Shown here piece by piece: positions 23,521 to 35,672 of a DNA stretch of 64,000 nucleotides. The notes beneath the pieces are model-generated. The model made no database searches. It was given only the letters and a program-made list of their open reading frames with translations, and was not told where the DNA came from. This DNA is from Vitrella brassicaformis CCMP3155 (lineage: Eukaryota; Protista; Chromerida): positions 1-64,000 of the forward strand of contig CDMY01000259.1 of NCBI GenBank assembly GCA_001179505.1, in the 5' to 3' direction. Position numbers and translations under genes: made by a program. Position 1 is the stretch's first letter. Each line of letters begins with the position of its first letter.

Positions 23521-25530
23521 ATGTCAACCGTTGGCCTGATTCTCACAGGTCTGTTCACCGTGCTGCTCTTTCCCCTGGTCTTGTACATGGGCATCACTGC
23601 CTTCATCCTGATGTGCCTGAGCGACCCACAGCCGGAGGGCCGCCTGGTCCTCGTCGAGTGACCGACCGACAAACCGAGGTAAGAGCGGCTGTCAATTCAT
23701 CAGATCTGACGACATCGTGCCGGTGTTTTGATGCAGCGCTAGCAACGGGTTTCCCCCAAATCACCTTCTCCCCCACGAGCTTGGTGTACGAGGTGGATCA
23801 ACGGTGCGCGCAACTCCACGAGGGCGTCGTTCTCATGCGATGACCCGCAAGCACCGAGCCTGGCGTCCTTCCATCCGTTCCCGCCTCGAGCCCCGGCAGG
23901 AAGGTGGGGATGAGCGATTTGTCACCACCAGTGGATGATATTCACTCGTCTGCCCTTTCTTGCAGCTGGTGGCCATCCATCCGTTGAGGGCGACGATGCC
24001 CGTGGTAGCTCGGCCAGCAACGAAGGAACTGCCGCCGTCTACAAAGTAACAGATGCTTCACGCGCTCGCACCATCAAGAGAATATGTGTTTGTCTTTGTC
24101 CGGCGCATGAATGGCAGGCCATTCGCCTCCAAGGATGGTCAAGGCTGAGGACGAAAGAGAAGGCATCACACTGGGCGATTGGAAGGACGAGCTGCCCCTC
24201 ATCAATTGCCTGATCATGCACTTAGACGGTAGGTGGCAAAGAAACGAAGAGCGCCCACTTGCCGCCATATATGTCTTGTGTCTCGCTGCTTTTAGTGCCG
24301 TCCATGGATGTTGTCGAGCCAGGCGCCTTCATCCTGTCGAGCATCTGGTCGGTCCTCGAGATCGAGTCCATCACCGAGCTGGAGCTAGTCTTGCCTCAGC
24401 TTCTGCAGGGTGCCCTCAAGGCTGCCGTGGACCGACGGTTCGGGCCCAACCAGAACTTCGGCTTCGTGCATCACGGGCGACTTCGTCTCGTCTTGAAGGC
24501 TGATAGTATTGGACGTGTAAGCGATGGAAGCTCGTCTCCTCCCTTGCATCGTCTGTCTGTTCTGCAGTTGCGCAAGGCGGCGTTTGCATTCTCAACAATT
24601 GACGCAGCAGCCGCGCACCAGGGACAGTCTTCGACATTAGAGCGTTATCTGCCCTCCCTCCCACCCAATGACTCAGCCGAGGCGCTCGCCACCGACTTCG
24701 CCAGCCGCATCACTAATGCTGCACCCATGACCGTGGTCGACCCCTCCAATGCCTCCCGACGGCTGAAGGCACCACTCATGGCGGCGATGGAGAGACATGG
24801 CCTGGCGATGGAGCCCATGATGCGGCTGCATGGCGATGGACCATGTCTCCTCGATCCCTCTGTGATCGCATCTGCCAATCAATTGATGGCCATCCTGCAG
24901 AAGACGGGCAAACAAATCACAGGCATCGAACTGCTCTACAAGTAAGAGATACACGAAACATGCCAGCATCTGTCGGGTGCTGCGTGTAATCCTCTCTTGT
25001 TGTTTTCGTCCTCTGTCTGGTGTGGTGGCAGAGCGAGTGTGGACGGGTTTGCGTACACCGACATGCTCAGTCGCGTGGGTGATGCGAGCGGTCTCCTCTT
25101 CCTCACACGCATGAATGCCTTCATTCATGGGTGCTTCATCAACGCCGATCTCCGTCCGCCACCGTCAGTTTCATCTGCAGCCATCTTCAAGCAGTATCCG
25201 GCGGAAGTCCTGATCTTCAAAGCATCCGGCCATTCGCAGCCCACCTTCCAGACATCCTCAGTGACGTCGAAGTGGGTCACTCTGTCGCGAGCAGATTACC
25301 ATCCCCATGGCGTGGAGGCCAAACTGACTGTGGGCAAGGGTGCGAGCGATCCACATATACCAGAGTGGCTGGGGCTGTGGGCGCCGGACACGCTGGGCTG
25401 GTCGGCATCGGAGGGATGCGTCGTGCGAGTGAGCTGGGAGAGGGGGGTGGGAGATGATGAGCAAGACATCAATGCGATTCTTGCCGATGAGATAGAGGTG
25501 TTTCAGCTGCTGGTGCACACAGTGGGGTGA
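23521..25530 (+). CDS. N-terminally hydrophobic protein with a C-terminal TLDc-like domain
   Basis: The spliced ORF starts MSTVGLILTGLFTVLLFPLVLYMGITAFILMC and is continuous if the donor at 23658 is used. The C-terminus ELLYK|ASVDGFAYTDMLSRVGDASGLLFL...HGCFI resembles the TLDc LLYRASRDG motif. Confidence 0.72.
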
Positions 25531-26201
25531 ATGCTTTTGGGCGCAGTGGGGGGGGAGGGGGGGAGGGGTCTATATTGACGGGAATGTTTGAAGGAGAGAC
25601 ATGTAAGACAACACCGTTGGATTGCGCAAAGGACATGAATGATTGAGTGACACAACAATCAAGAGACATGGCACGTCAATAATTCCTTGAGGAAGCATGA
25701 GGTTGCAGGTGGCCCTTGGTCTGTAAGGTAGCCCGTTGCAATGGCTGGTGCCTTTTTTCAGTAGAGAAAGGCTCCAAACAACATACAACAACATCTGACG
25801 CGTGGATGGATGGTGTATCCCTTAGACTGAGTGCGTCCGAAGAGATAGAGAGACAGGGAGACAGGGCTGTCGAGTCGACACCGACTGTGTGTGAGACTTC
25901 CATTCATACATACCCTTCCCCCCCCCCGCCCCCCGTCTGTCGTGCGGCTTAGTGTATGTCTCCATGAATCAGCTGTGTTCCGATACCATTTGGGCCCCCT
26001 CAGTTGTCCTCCCACATTACAAAAAGTCACAGCCCCATTCCCTCAATCCTTTCCACTCCAGCGGTTCGAGACACGAACGCATGGAGTAACAGCAGCAGCC
26101 CTACGGTGAAGACGACCAACCAGATTTGCGTCACTGGTGACATTCTGCAAACACCAATTTGGCAGACACCGTTGTCATCACCTCCTCATTTGTTCGCTTA
26201 C

Positions 26202-26843
26202 TTACTCCTCGAGAATGGCGGCGTCCTTAACCACCAAAACCGTCCAAAAAGCCATCAACACCGCACAGGCCACTGGCAGAAGCGCACATGAGGCCACCAC
26301 CACAAGCAGAGATACCCAATACGCCGCCGCGCTGGGCTTCATGTCAGGCTTCAAGAGGGCGAAATACCGAGGCTTTCCCGTGCCGGGCTTTTTTGTGTAG
26401 AACCCCACGATAGAGAAAAGCCCGAACAAAAGTGGATGTTCTTGTTCAGCCGCCACTCTCAGGTCAGCCCCAGGCGGCAAGTAGACGGTGCCATCGCCCA
26501 AGCGTGTTTTGCCAACCTCCCGCTCTTCCCTCGTGATGTCTCCCCCTCCCATGATGTCGATGCGGTACTTGTTGCACATGGCCTGACGGTGAAAGTACGG
26601 GGCAGAGGACCTACGCCCGTGCGCTTCCTCTCGAACAGCATCCATGAAGTGCCTGTGAGCCTCCCTTGGACGAATCCCAGGCGGCAAGAGAGCGAAGTAG
26701 CGCCGCCCCATCTCGGTCTCGGTGTAGTATTCTTCAGGAGCGTTCGTGTCTTCGTAGACATTGCCATCGCCACGGCGTGTCAGCCCAACCATCCGCTCCG
26801 AGCCGTAATGCATGAACGCGTTGTTGGAGGGTGGGAGTGACAT
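26202..26843 (-). CDS. Hypothetical intronless 213-aa protein with a C-terminal hydrophobic helix
   Basis: ATG-initiated ORF with complex, non-repetitive sequence and a C-terminal YWVSLLVVVASCALLPVACAVLMAFWTVLVV. Head-to-head with the Nudix gene. Confidence 0.6.
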   Translation of the reverse strand: MSLPPSNNAFMHYGSERMVGLTRRGDGNVYEDTNAPEEYYTETEMGRRYFALLPPGIRPREAHRHFMDAVREEAHGRRSSAPYFHRQAMCNKYRIDIMGGGDITREEREVGKTRLGDGTVYLPPGADLRVAAEQEHPLLFGLFSIVGFYTKKPGTGKPRYFALLKPDMKPSAAAYWVSLLVVVASCALLPVACAVLMAFWTVLVVKDAAILEE

Positions 26844-27067
26844 GATGAAGATTTCCTGGTGGAGGGGAAGGGGAAAAGGTTTCGGTGAGGGGAGGGAAGG
26901 AATTCACACTGTGAAAGTCAATTCTGCCCTAAGATTCAATGCAAGCTTTGACTGTGTATGCAGCGCATCTTTCTTATCAGGTAATGTCAGTCACGTCAAA
27001 AGGCGGAGATCTCACTCATGAGTTCCGTTCATGGATCTGCCTGATGTCCTGCTGCTGTCTGTGTTCC

Positions 27068-27802
27068 ATGGTTGGCTGCAGCATGGCACTGCGTGCGGCG
27101 GGCCTTCTCGTGTTCAGGCGGCATCATGCACCAGCTGCAGGGACCATCAAGAATGAGTCGATAGAGTATCTGATGATGCAGACGTCATATGGAGAACTCC
27201 ACTGGACACCGCCCAAAGGTCACACACACAGCACAGATACTGCACACACAGAAGGCAGGCAGCTGCAGTGCAGGGGCGTCTTCTACGTGTGTCTGTGCGT
27301 GTGTCGGCGTAGGTCATGTTGATCCCGGTGAGAGTGATCTGCAGACAGCATTGCGCGAGACCGAGGAAGAGGCCGGGCTGACCAACGGCAGGGACGTCAG
27401 GCTCTATGATTGGAACAAGGTGCGTGTGTGGGGATGGCCTGCATGCATCTCTGATGATTGACCATGTGTGCTGCCTGTGAACGTGCAGGAGCTGAAATAT
27501 GAGGTGCGTGGCCGGCCCAAGTCAGTGATATACTTTCTTGCTGAGCTCGTCAACAGTGACGCCACAGTGCGCCTGTCTGACGAGCACCAGGCATACAGGC
27601 AAGCTTCGCCACCCACCTGACCAATCGCACGACTGTGGAACGAGTGAATGAATGAGTGAAAAGTGATCTTTGCGTGTGTGCGTGCAGGTGGGCTGCGTTG
27701 AGTGAGGCGTGTGAGCTGGCTAAGTATCGTGATATGGTTGAGACGCTGCAACAGGCAGATGCCTTCCTCAGACAAAGGGACGAAAGCAGACCAACGGGGT
27801 GA
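27068..27802 (+). CDS. NUDT2: Bis(5'-nucleosyl)-tetraphosphatase (Ap4A hydrolase, Nudix family), 4 exons
   Basis: MALRAAGLLVFRR...IEYLMMQTSYGELHWTPPK|GHVDPGESDLQTALRETEEEAG (Nudix box)...KSVIYFLAEL...LSDEHQAYR|WAALSEACELAKYRDMVETL. The start may be 27068 or 27083. Confidence 0.92.
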
Positions 27803-28177
27803 ATGAAAATCCTTACACAAAGGGTGGCGGGCGCGGCGCAGCTAGCTTCTCACAGAGAGCAATTAATGCCGTTGATTGACTGGTTGATTGAACAGCGTCC
27901 GACGTCGCATACACACAGACAGGGCGAACACACCGAGTACTGACTGTATACTCTTACACATACACGGGGTCTCCTTTTGGTTTGTCAGAGAGAGGGCAAC
28001 GCCACAGCAAACACCCAACCCACTCCAGCAATCACACACTTGTACAATGAACGAAGCAATACACCCGACCAAGCCCGCCACTGCATTGTACCACACACGC
28101 GCCAAATTGGCCGTTTCTTGTCTTATCCAAAGAAGGAGGGAGGGAATGGTGCGCCGATGTGTGTGGGGGGGGGCTGT

Positions 28178-31100
28178 TCAGCGGCTTGGCATCATGCCGT
28201 ACGGCGCCCCCGCCATGCCCAAAGGGTTGCCCATCCCACCACCCATCCCGCCGCCGCGACTGTCACGCCTGAATGCAGTGGACACATCGGCGATGTGATC
28301 GGTTATCTGTGTGGTGTGTCGGTGCCATGAGCATGGCTGCTCTTACATGGCATGGTGGCTGTGTTGCATCGGCTGGGCACGGTAGGGGTTCAGCTGAATA
28401 CCCTGAAAGGGACGACAAGAAAGATCAATTCAGTGGCGCTCGTTTTCACCATACGCACACACACGTTGCCGCTAGACCTGGTAGGGGTATCCAGCCGGGC
28501 TTGCATTTGCCATGGCGGCCGTGTGGTTCTCGGGGCCGGGGAACTGCCCGCCGCGCTGAGCCGAATGCGAACGACTGACACACCACACATCACACGCAAA
28601 CACACACGCAGGAACGTATCAAGAAGACTCTTGTCTGACGGAAATCATGTCTGTCATATGTCATGCCGACTGACCCGGACGGTTGTGGCGGTGAGTTTGC
28701 CATTGGGTGCTGGCCGTAGTGGGAGCCGTTGCGCGTCCGGCCATACGGCTGGGGCGAAGACGAGGGCGCCATGCGGCCGTAGCCGGCATTCATGCCTACA
28801 CGCACACAAGACACAAGACACACATCTATTGGCGATTCGATGAGTCAATCCCTCAGTGAGGCCATCTGGGGTTACCGTCTGGGGTCTGCTGCATGGGCGG
28901 TGACGCGAACTGGGAGTAGGGCTGGTAGTTGGGATCGGGTGGTGGCGGCTGCTGCTCACCCTTCCGCCTCTTTCTCTTGCTCCCGCCCTCGTCCATCACC
29001 CCACCACCACCCCCACCAGCCATCGCATTCGGAGGCACCTGCGTAGCGAACGGCCCCGCGGTCACGCTGGCGCCGACGGAAGGTGGCAGAGAAGGGCTGG
29101 TGGGGTCACATACCTGCTGCGGCTCAGCCATGCCGTGGTTCAACGCACCTTGGGCAGGCGCGTGGCTGCCGCCCCCACCGCCCTTCGATCCCTTGCTGGA
29201 CCGTCTCTTTCTGCCGTGCGATGACCCGACGCTCTGCCGTGCTGGCGACATCTGGTTCGGGTGGCCGTAGGGCTGCATGTGGCCTATCTGCTGGCTGGGG
29301 GGCGACTGCGGCACCTGCTGCGCCATGTGCTGCTGTTGATAATAGGGGGAGGGAGGGGGGTGGCCGTGCTGCGGGTGGGGGTGGGGGCTGGCCGGGGGAT
29401 GAGCCGCAGGGGGCGGCGCGGCCGACGCACCTCGCTGACCTCTGTGGCTGTGATGGTGCATCTGCTGCCGGTGCTGGTGATGCTGCTGGTGCTGATGCTG
29501 GGCATAGGCATGGTTGCCGTACTGCCCGCCGTGTGTGGGGTGCGTGGCAGGGGAGGGCATCGAGGGCGGGACGCCGCCGTGCATGGCTGCGGGCGGTGGC
29601 GAGAAGGGGGGCGAGTGCTGGTGCCTGTGGTAGGGATTGGCGTGTGAGGGCCTGTGCGTGGCCTGGCGCTGCTGCTGCGCCTGACGCACTTGAATGTAGA
29701 GCTGATCCTGCAGTGGAACCGACCGACCGATGACCTTGTGTGTCTTGTGTTCCGTGTTATATGGTGCGTGCAATGCAACTAAGGTACCGGCACTGTGGGC
29801 TTCTTGGCGTTGTTGGTGCTCTTCAAATAGGCCTGGTTCTGCAGATTCTGATACAATATACAGGACAGCAGCACCACACCATGTTTCGGCATAGTCATGT
29901 CGTCGTCTCGTGTGCCACACATTCACATACGTCTTGTCTGAGCTTCTCGTAGTCGGCAACTCTGGCCGCCACCGCCTCGTACGAACGATCCGATTCACCA
30001 CCTGATGAACGACACAGCCACAGCATAGACGAGAGTGCCACGAGGCAGTTAGCCATGGTCTGTCTCTCCATTCTGCCCTATTCCTACCCTCTTGCGTGGC
30101 ACCGGCGGGATGGTACATCTGCACACAGAGAGAGGGAAAGAGACAATGTGGTGGAAAATGTGGTGGTTGTCAGTGTAGTTGGCCGGCCTTCTGGCGCATC
30201 AATCCACCCACCTGAGATTGGATCTGTGCGGCGTCCCTGAGCTTGTAGTGCGAGGCGTGAATGTCGCAAACGGCGCCCCGCTCCAGGCTGTCGAAGGGCA
30301 ACCCACTCGTCGACACGCCGCCCAGACCCGCTGGACAATCAACCACACCACACAGCAGCCGGGGAGGGATGATGCAGCCCATCCGGGAGTGTGAGTGTAG
30401 TGTCTGTGTGTGTTGGCTGACAGACCTTGTCTGACGAGGTCGTCCACTTTGAAGGCGTCGTGATAGGAGCCTGGTCATCGAGAGAGACACAGCACGGCCC
30501 ATGCAGACAGCGAATAATTAGGCTGTCTGTTCTGTGTGTGTGTCCCGGCTTCGCCATGCCCACCTCTCGCTGAAACCCTCTTCTCCTTTTGGACACTCTT
30601 CATGACCATGGCAGAGTAGTACTTGAGCGTCTTGGCCTGCAGCGTAGTGGAAGCAACCAGCATCTGTGTACGTCTGTGTGCGTGTCTGTCGCGGGTCGGT
30701 AGGTCACCTCGTTCTCCTCGACTTCTCTCGGCTGTGTGTCAGCGTCGCCCATGAGCTTAGACACTCCCTCAGACGAGTGAACCAACCCTGTCAACAAGCC
30801 TGCACACCCACAGCCACCATACCATGCACACCCACATCTCCTCCTCTCCCTCTCTCTCCCTCCCAGGTTCACCACCCACCCACCTCGGATGTATCGCATG
30901 AGCGGCGCCACCTTCCCATCCGACGACGTCGTCGCATCGCCCACAGGAACGATCGCCCCACTATCTCGCCCCCATTTCCTCTTCTCCCTCTCATCGCCCT
31001 TCATGGTCTCGTCGTCACTGGTGGCCGGCACCCCCGTGGACCCCGTCTCGCCGCTCCCGCTCTCCTCCTTCTTGCTCACGTCCATCATCTGGTGGGCATC

Positions 31101-33091
31101 GCTGTCGGGCGGGTGCGACCCATCCAGCCTCCGCTTGCGGGCGCGGCGGGCTGCGCAAAAGGCTCTGGTTGAGTCGAGGGCCGATGTGACGGGGAGGAAT
31201 CGGGGTGAGGGGCGGGCGCGGTGGACGCGGGACAGCGGGGGCAGGGACACGACCTGAGAGAGAAAGCGCGGAGAGAGAGAGGGTGGGTGGGTATGTGGGT
31301 CGTGATGCGTGTTCGGTTGCGTGCCTTTGGTTGGTCTTTGGCGTCTGCGGGCACTCTGGAGGCGTAGGTGGCGCTGGGGGTGGCCCGGGGGGAGCCAGAC
31401 GCGGTCCGCTCGCGAAGCTTCACCCACCTGACACACAACCACCATCAATATCAGCGAGCCATCCATCCAAGTGTCCGGGGGATTGCCTTCCTTGTGCGTG
31501 TGAAGGCTCCGCTCACTGGTCCTGGCACATCTTGCTGTTGCGGCACTTGGACAGTGGCCCCATGGCCGTGTTGACGCTGTCGGCGATCAAGCCCCAGTTG
31601 ACGTACTTGCCGCCTGGTGTGGATCGACACACACACACACACACACACACCCCAGCCCCTCCCGTGTTATCATGAATGCGCTCTGGGTGGCTGAGTGGCT
31701 TACAGAGCGCCTCTGGACTTGACCCATCGTAGATCTCCACCTGACAAACCAAACACACACCCCTTCATGTGTGTGTGTATTGTGGTGGTGTGGATCGATG
31801 GGCGTGTTGTGTTGTGTGTTGCCTGCCATACGAATCGCTCGAGTATTGTGTTTTCGTCTGGGAGCCATTCGCCCTCTATGGGTTTCCTGCCCATCCAGTC
31901 GTCGGAGGGCATGCCGCCTCCGCCCCCGTCGTAGGGGTCTGAGGAGGGGTGGGGCAGGTGGAAGAGGTAAGACGGATCCAGCTGCAGGTGCTTCAGCTGC
32001 ATGCCATGTAGCAAAGCAAACAAAGCAGCCAGCCAACCACATGGATGGATGGATGGATGGATGGAGAAACAGACAGGCGAGTTAGTTAGTGGTGGGCCTG
32101 CAGGTCGGGGTGCCAATTAGGTGCCTACCTTTTTTTGGCTCTTTCTGTTCCTACGGGGAACATTTGGCACCAACTGGATGAAGGGAAGCGGAGCGGCCAG
32201 CACAACAGACGACACACACATGAATGACACGAGGTGGTGTGGTGGCCTTCTGTCCTTGTTTGAGGCTCACTCACCGGCAGGCCCTCTGGTCTCCCTGTGT
32301 CGAGCCCTCTCTGCTTTTTGATGCGGGGGTACTCGTCGTTGTCGGGGTTGCGGTAGGCCATGGCGTAGATCTGCAGCATCAGCGAGTCCTCCTCAGAGTC
32401 ACTCCGACCTGGTCGACACAGACACACACACAGACACAGACACAGACAAGAAGGTGTGGAAGTGGGAGGTGTGTGCCGGTACACCACACACACACACCAC
32501 TGAGCGGAAATTGGAGGACGTCTTTCGACAGGTCGGGCGGGCCCAGCACACCGGGCAAGTGCAGCGCACCCTGACCACACACACACACACGCACACGTAA
32601 TGGTTGGTTCTTGTTTTTTGTGTGTCGATTGTGTGGTGCATCCAGCAAGGCAAGGCAATGCTAGGTGTCCATCCACCTACCTGTTGCTGCATGGCGTGAA
32701 CGTTCTTTTCAAAGTGGTGCTGCCGCGACGTGTAGTAGGCGTCCATGTCCTCCAGGCCACAGCTCTCGCGAGTCGGGTCGCCGATGTCTGCCATCACACA
32801 CACACACACCCACACACCCACACACACGTGTGGATGCAGTCCTTATGCCGTTTGTGTGCGTCTCCTTGACCCCTACTGAGGTAGTAGAGTGGCGTCACGG
32901 GCTGGATGTCGACGAACAGCGGCTCGGCCTTGGTGAAGGCGCCGAAGTCCTCACGCAGAGAATCGTCGTCGTCTGAAGCGACACAAGGAATATGAATGTC
33001 AGTGGGAATGGCGCATCTGTGTCCCCGCCCCTTCTTCGCATTCGGACCGTCGGATGGTGGGGGCTTCATCGCCTCTGTTGGCACAGGCACA

Positions 33092-33127
<36 letters not shown>

Positions 33128-34163
33128 CCCATCCATAGAGCAGATGTGAAAAGAATGGATGACGCATGCCAATGCCATGCGTGTGTGTGTGTGTGGACCT
33201 CCTACCTGCAATGGCGCTGTCCGGCACGGCCACTCCATCCATGGTGGACTCCAACACTGATCGATCACAGATGGGATGAATGCAGTGTTGTGTGAGCGAC
33301 CTAGTGTGTGTGTGTGTGTGTGTCAGTCTCTCACGTCCATGCTGCTTGTAGAGTGCCTTGAGGGTGCGATCGCAGTACTCGAACAGCCCCTGCGTGATGC
33401 GAGCGCTCTTCTCCTTCCGACGGGGATGGTTCTTGTCAGCCTGCATTTCACACACACACACACACACGCTGATGAGTGCATCCATCTCTCCATCCCTCGA
33501 GCCGCCCAGCCATCATTCCGCTTTGACTTATCCCACCCGTGGGCCCGTTCTGAAGACAATCGCAGCCCTCTGCTGCCTGCTTCCAGGCTGCTGCCCGCCC
33601 GCCCCCTCGGCACCCGGCCCCAAGCTCTTGGGCATGGCCTCCCTGTCGTCGAGCTCAATCGCCTCCGTCTTGAGGTCGGCTGGCATGAGATCAGGCGCCA
33701 CTTTGTTGGTCACTCCCAGCCAGAAGGACTGCACGATAGCGGCGCACGTGGCGGCGTGGTGCTCGACCTTCTGCCTCTCGAGCTTGCGGAAGTGGTCCTT
33801 GATCATGTAGGACACGCGGCGGGCGAGATGGACCTTCCACTTTCGCTCCTCGTAGAAATCGATGGCCATCCATTGCATCTCCTGCAAGACGTCGTCCCAG
33901 GGCGTGCGCACCAGACGGGGAGGCTCGCAGGGAGGGAGACAAGCACCGTGCTCTGACAGGCAGCCAGCGATGCACACACCCAGATCACCCCATCTCATCA
34001 CCAGTGAGTGTTTCCACAAGCTTACTGTTCACGTGTCTCGCCACCTCATCCGCGAGCTCCTGCCTCGCCAGCTGACACCATAACCACACACGGCAGCAAA
34101 AGTCGATGCTCAGAGCCAAATGACGGGTTTTCGCAAACTTACGGGCCGTGAGACCGCTCTCAT
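28178..34163 (-). CDS. EAF1-like NuA4/SWR1 scaffold (HSA plus SANT/Myb domain, Gln/His/Pro-rich tail), multi-exon
   Basis: HSA motif EPPRLVRTPWDDVLQEMQWMAIDFYEERKWKVHLARRV (~33.9 kb). SANT-like GEWLPDENTILER...VNWGLIADSVN...RNSKMCQDQW (31.4-31.9 kb). The ends are inferred from splice-consistent exons (MRAVSRP| at 34163; ...YGMMPSR* at 28178). The 3' half could be a separate gene. Confidence 0.75.
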
Positions 34164-34621
34164 GGCTTCTTTCTGATGGAAACGCTCAGCAGAGGTCTTG
34201 TGCGTCGATAAGGCCGCTAAGCAGTCCCCTGCGTTGGCTCCCCTCAGAGAACAAGCCCAACTCGATCCTCGGGGTCATTGATGTCAATCGGCGCCATTTT
34301 CAGCGGCTTTCGCGATCACTGTCCTCCCAGACTCATCCCAGGGGACAGATGAGGCACCGTCAGTGGCTCTCTGGGAGGTTTCAGAAACTGCGAGCTAAGC
34401 TCGCACATGGGCTGAGGGCACTGAATCTAGCGTCGTTTGCAGCTTGTTTGGCGCTCACTGCCTCACTGTGAGCGCTTTGCGATGAGAAATCTCAACTGAG
34501 AGGCCATCCTCACATCTGAATCGGTGAGCATTGAGATAAGAAGGATGGCTGGAGGGATTTGAATGCAGTGTGTGCCTCTGCCCTCTTGTTTCAGGCGTCT
34601 GTGTCTGGCCAGCGCGGCGCC

Positions 34622-35641
34622 ATGGGAGCTGCAGCCTCATCTTCATCTGCTGCCGCAGACCTGCCGCAGCCACAGGTGCGTGTACCCCACTCATTCATCG
34701 GTCGACTGGTTCGTCCGTTTCATCCATCCGTCCGTCCATCCGTATGTTGTCTGGCTGCTCTTTCTGGCTGCACTTTGCCATTGCAGGATGGACCGCAGAC
34801 GCAGACGTACCAGAAGTAAGCAGAGCGGCGTCGTTGCATGCGGCGGCTCAAAACACTTCTTTTCCTGTTGGTGTGTGGTGTGGCGCATTGCCCATGTTAT
34901 GTTGCCTATGCCGATCGCCGGCCCGTTCGGTGGTCCGAGATCTGGGTTTGGCCCGTTCTACCCAGGCCCCTCCATCTCTCGCCAGCTGTACCAGCAATAC
35001 CACGCACCCCCTCCTCACATGACGATGAACCTGCCACCGCACATGACCATACCCCCCCAGATGCTACCACAGCACCCTCTACCTGCCCCCACCGGCCCGC
35101 CGCCGCCTCCACACACCCACATGGGCGAAAACCCTCAGATGGCGACCCTCGTGCTACCGTACCTCATGCCACAGCACATGCTACCGCAGAGCCCTCGCCG
35201 TCCCCCGCACGGCCCCCCGCCCCCACCGCCCCACAGCCACATCAACGACGGGGCGCCAGTGGCGGAAGAAGGGGAGCAGCCAGTTCCCTTTGAGGGGCTG
35301 CTGGGCGGGGAGGGAGAGGTGCACTCCATGCTGGGCCCGGACGATCCGACAACACACCCGATCCTGCCGTCATCCCACGGGCGCTACGAGAACGGCACCC
35401 GTGTGTGGATGGTGACGGCCAAGCGGGACAAGGGCAAGCAGGAGTGGGTCAAGGCCGACGTCTATCACACTGAGGGGACCAGCGGAGGGACGAGAGTGTC
35501 GATGAGGGAGGTAGAGGGGCGAGAGGAGTTCATTATGGTGGTGCCGCACCAGCCCAAGGCATCGCCGCACGGCCTGCAGGTACGTTCTCATGCATGTGCC
35601 CATTGGTCCCGGTGCAGCTGAAAGATCCAACTTGTGTGCGC

Positions 35642-35672
<31 letters not shown>

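Noticed and set aside
23659-23661. Selenocysteine recoding of the in-frame TGA
   Set aside because: The context is not redox-like, I recognised no SECIS, and an upstream same-phase GT donor explains the frame more simply.
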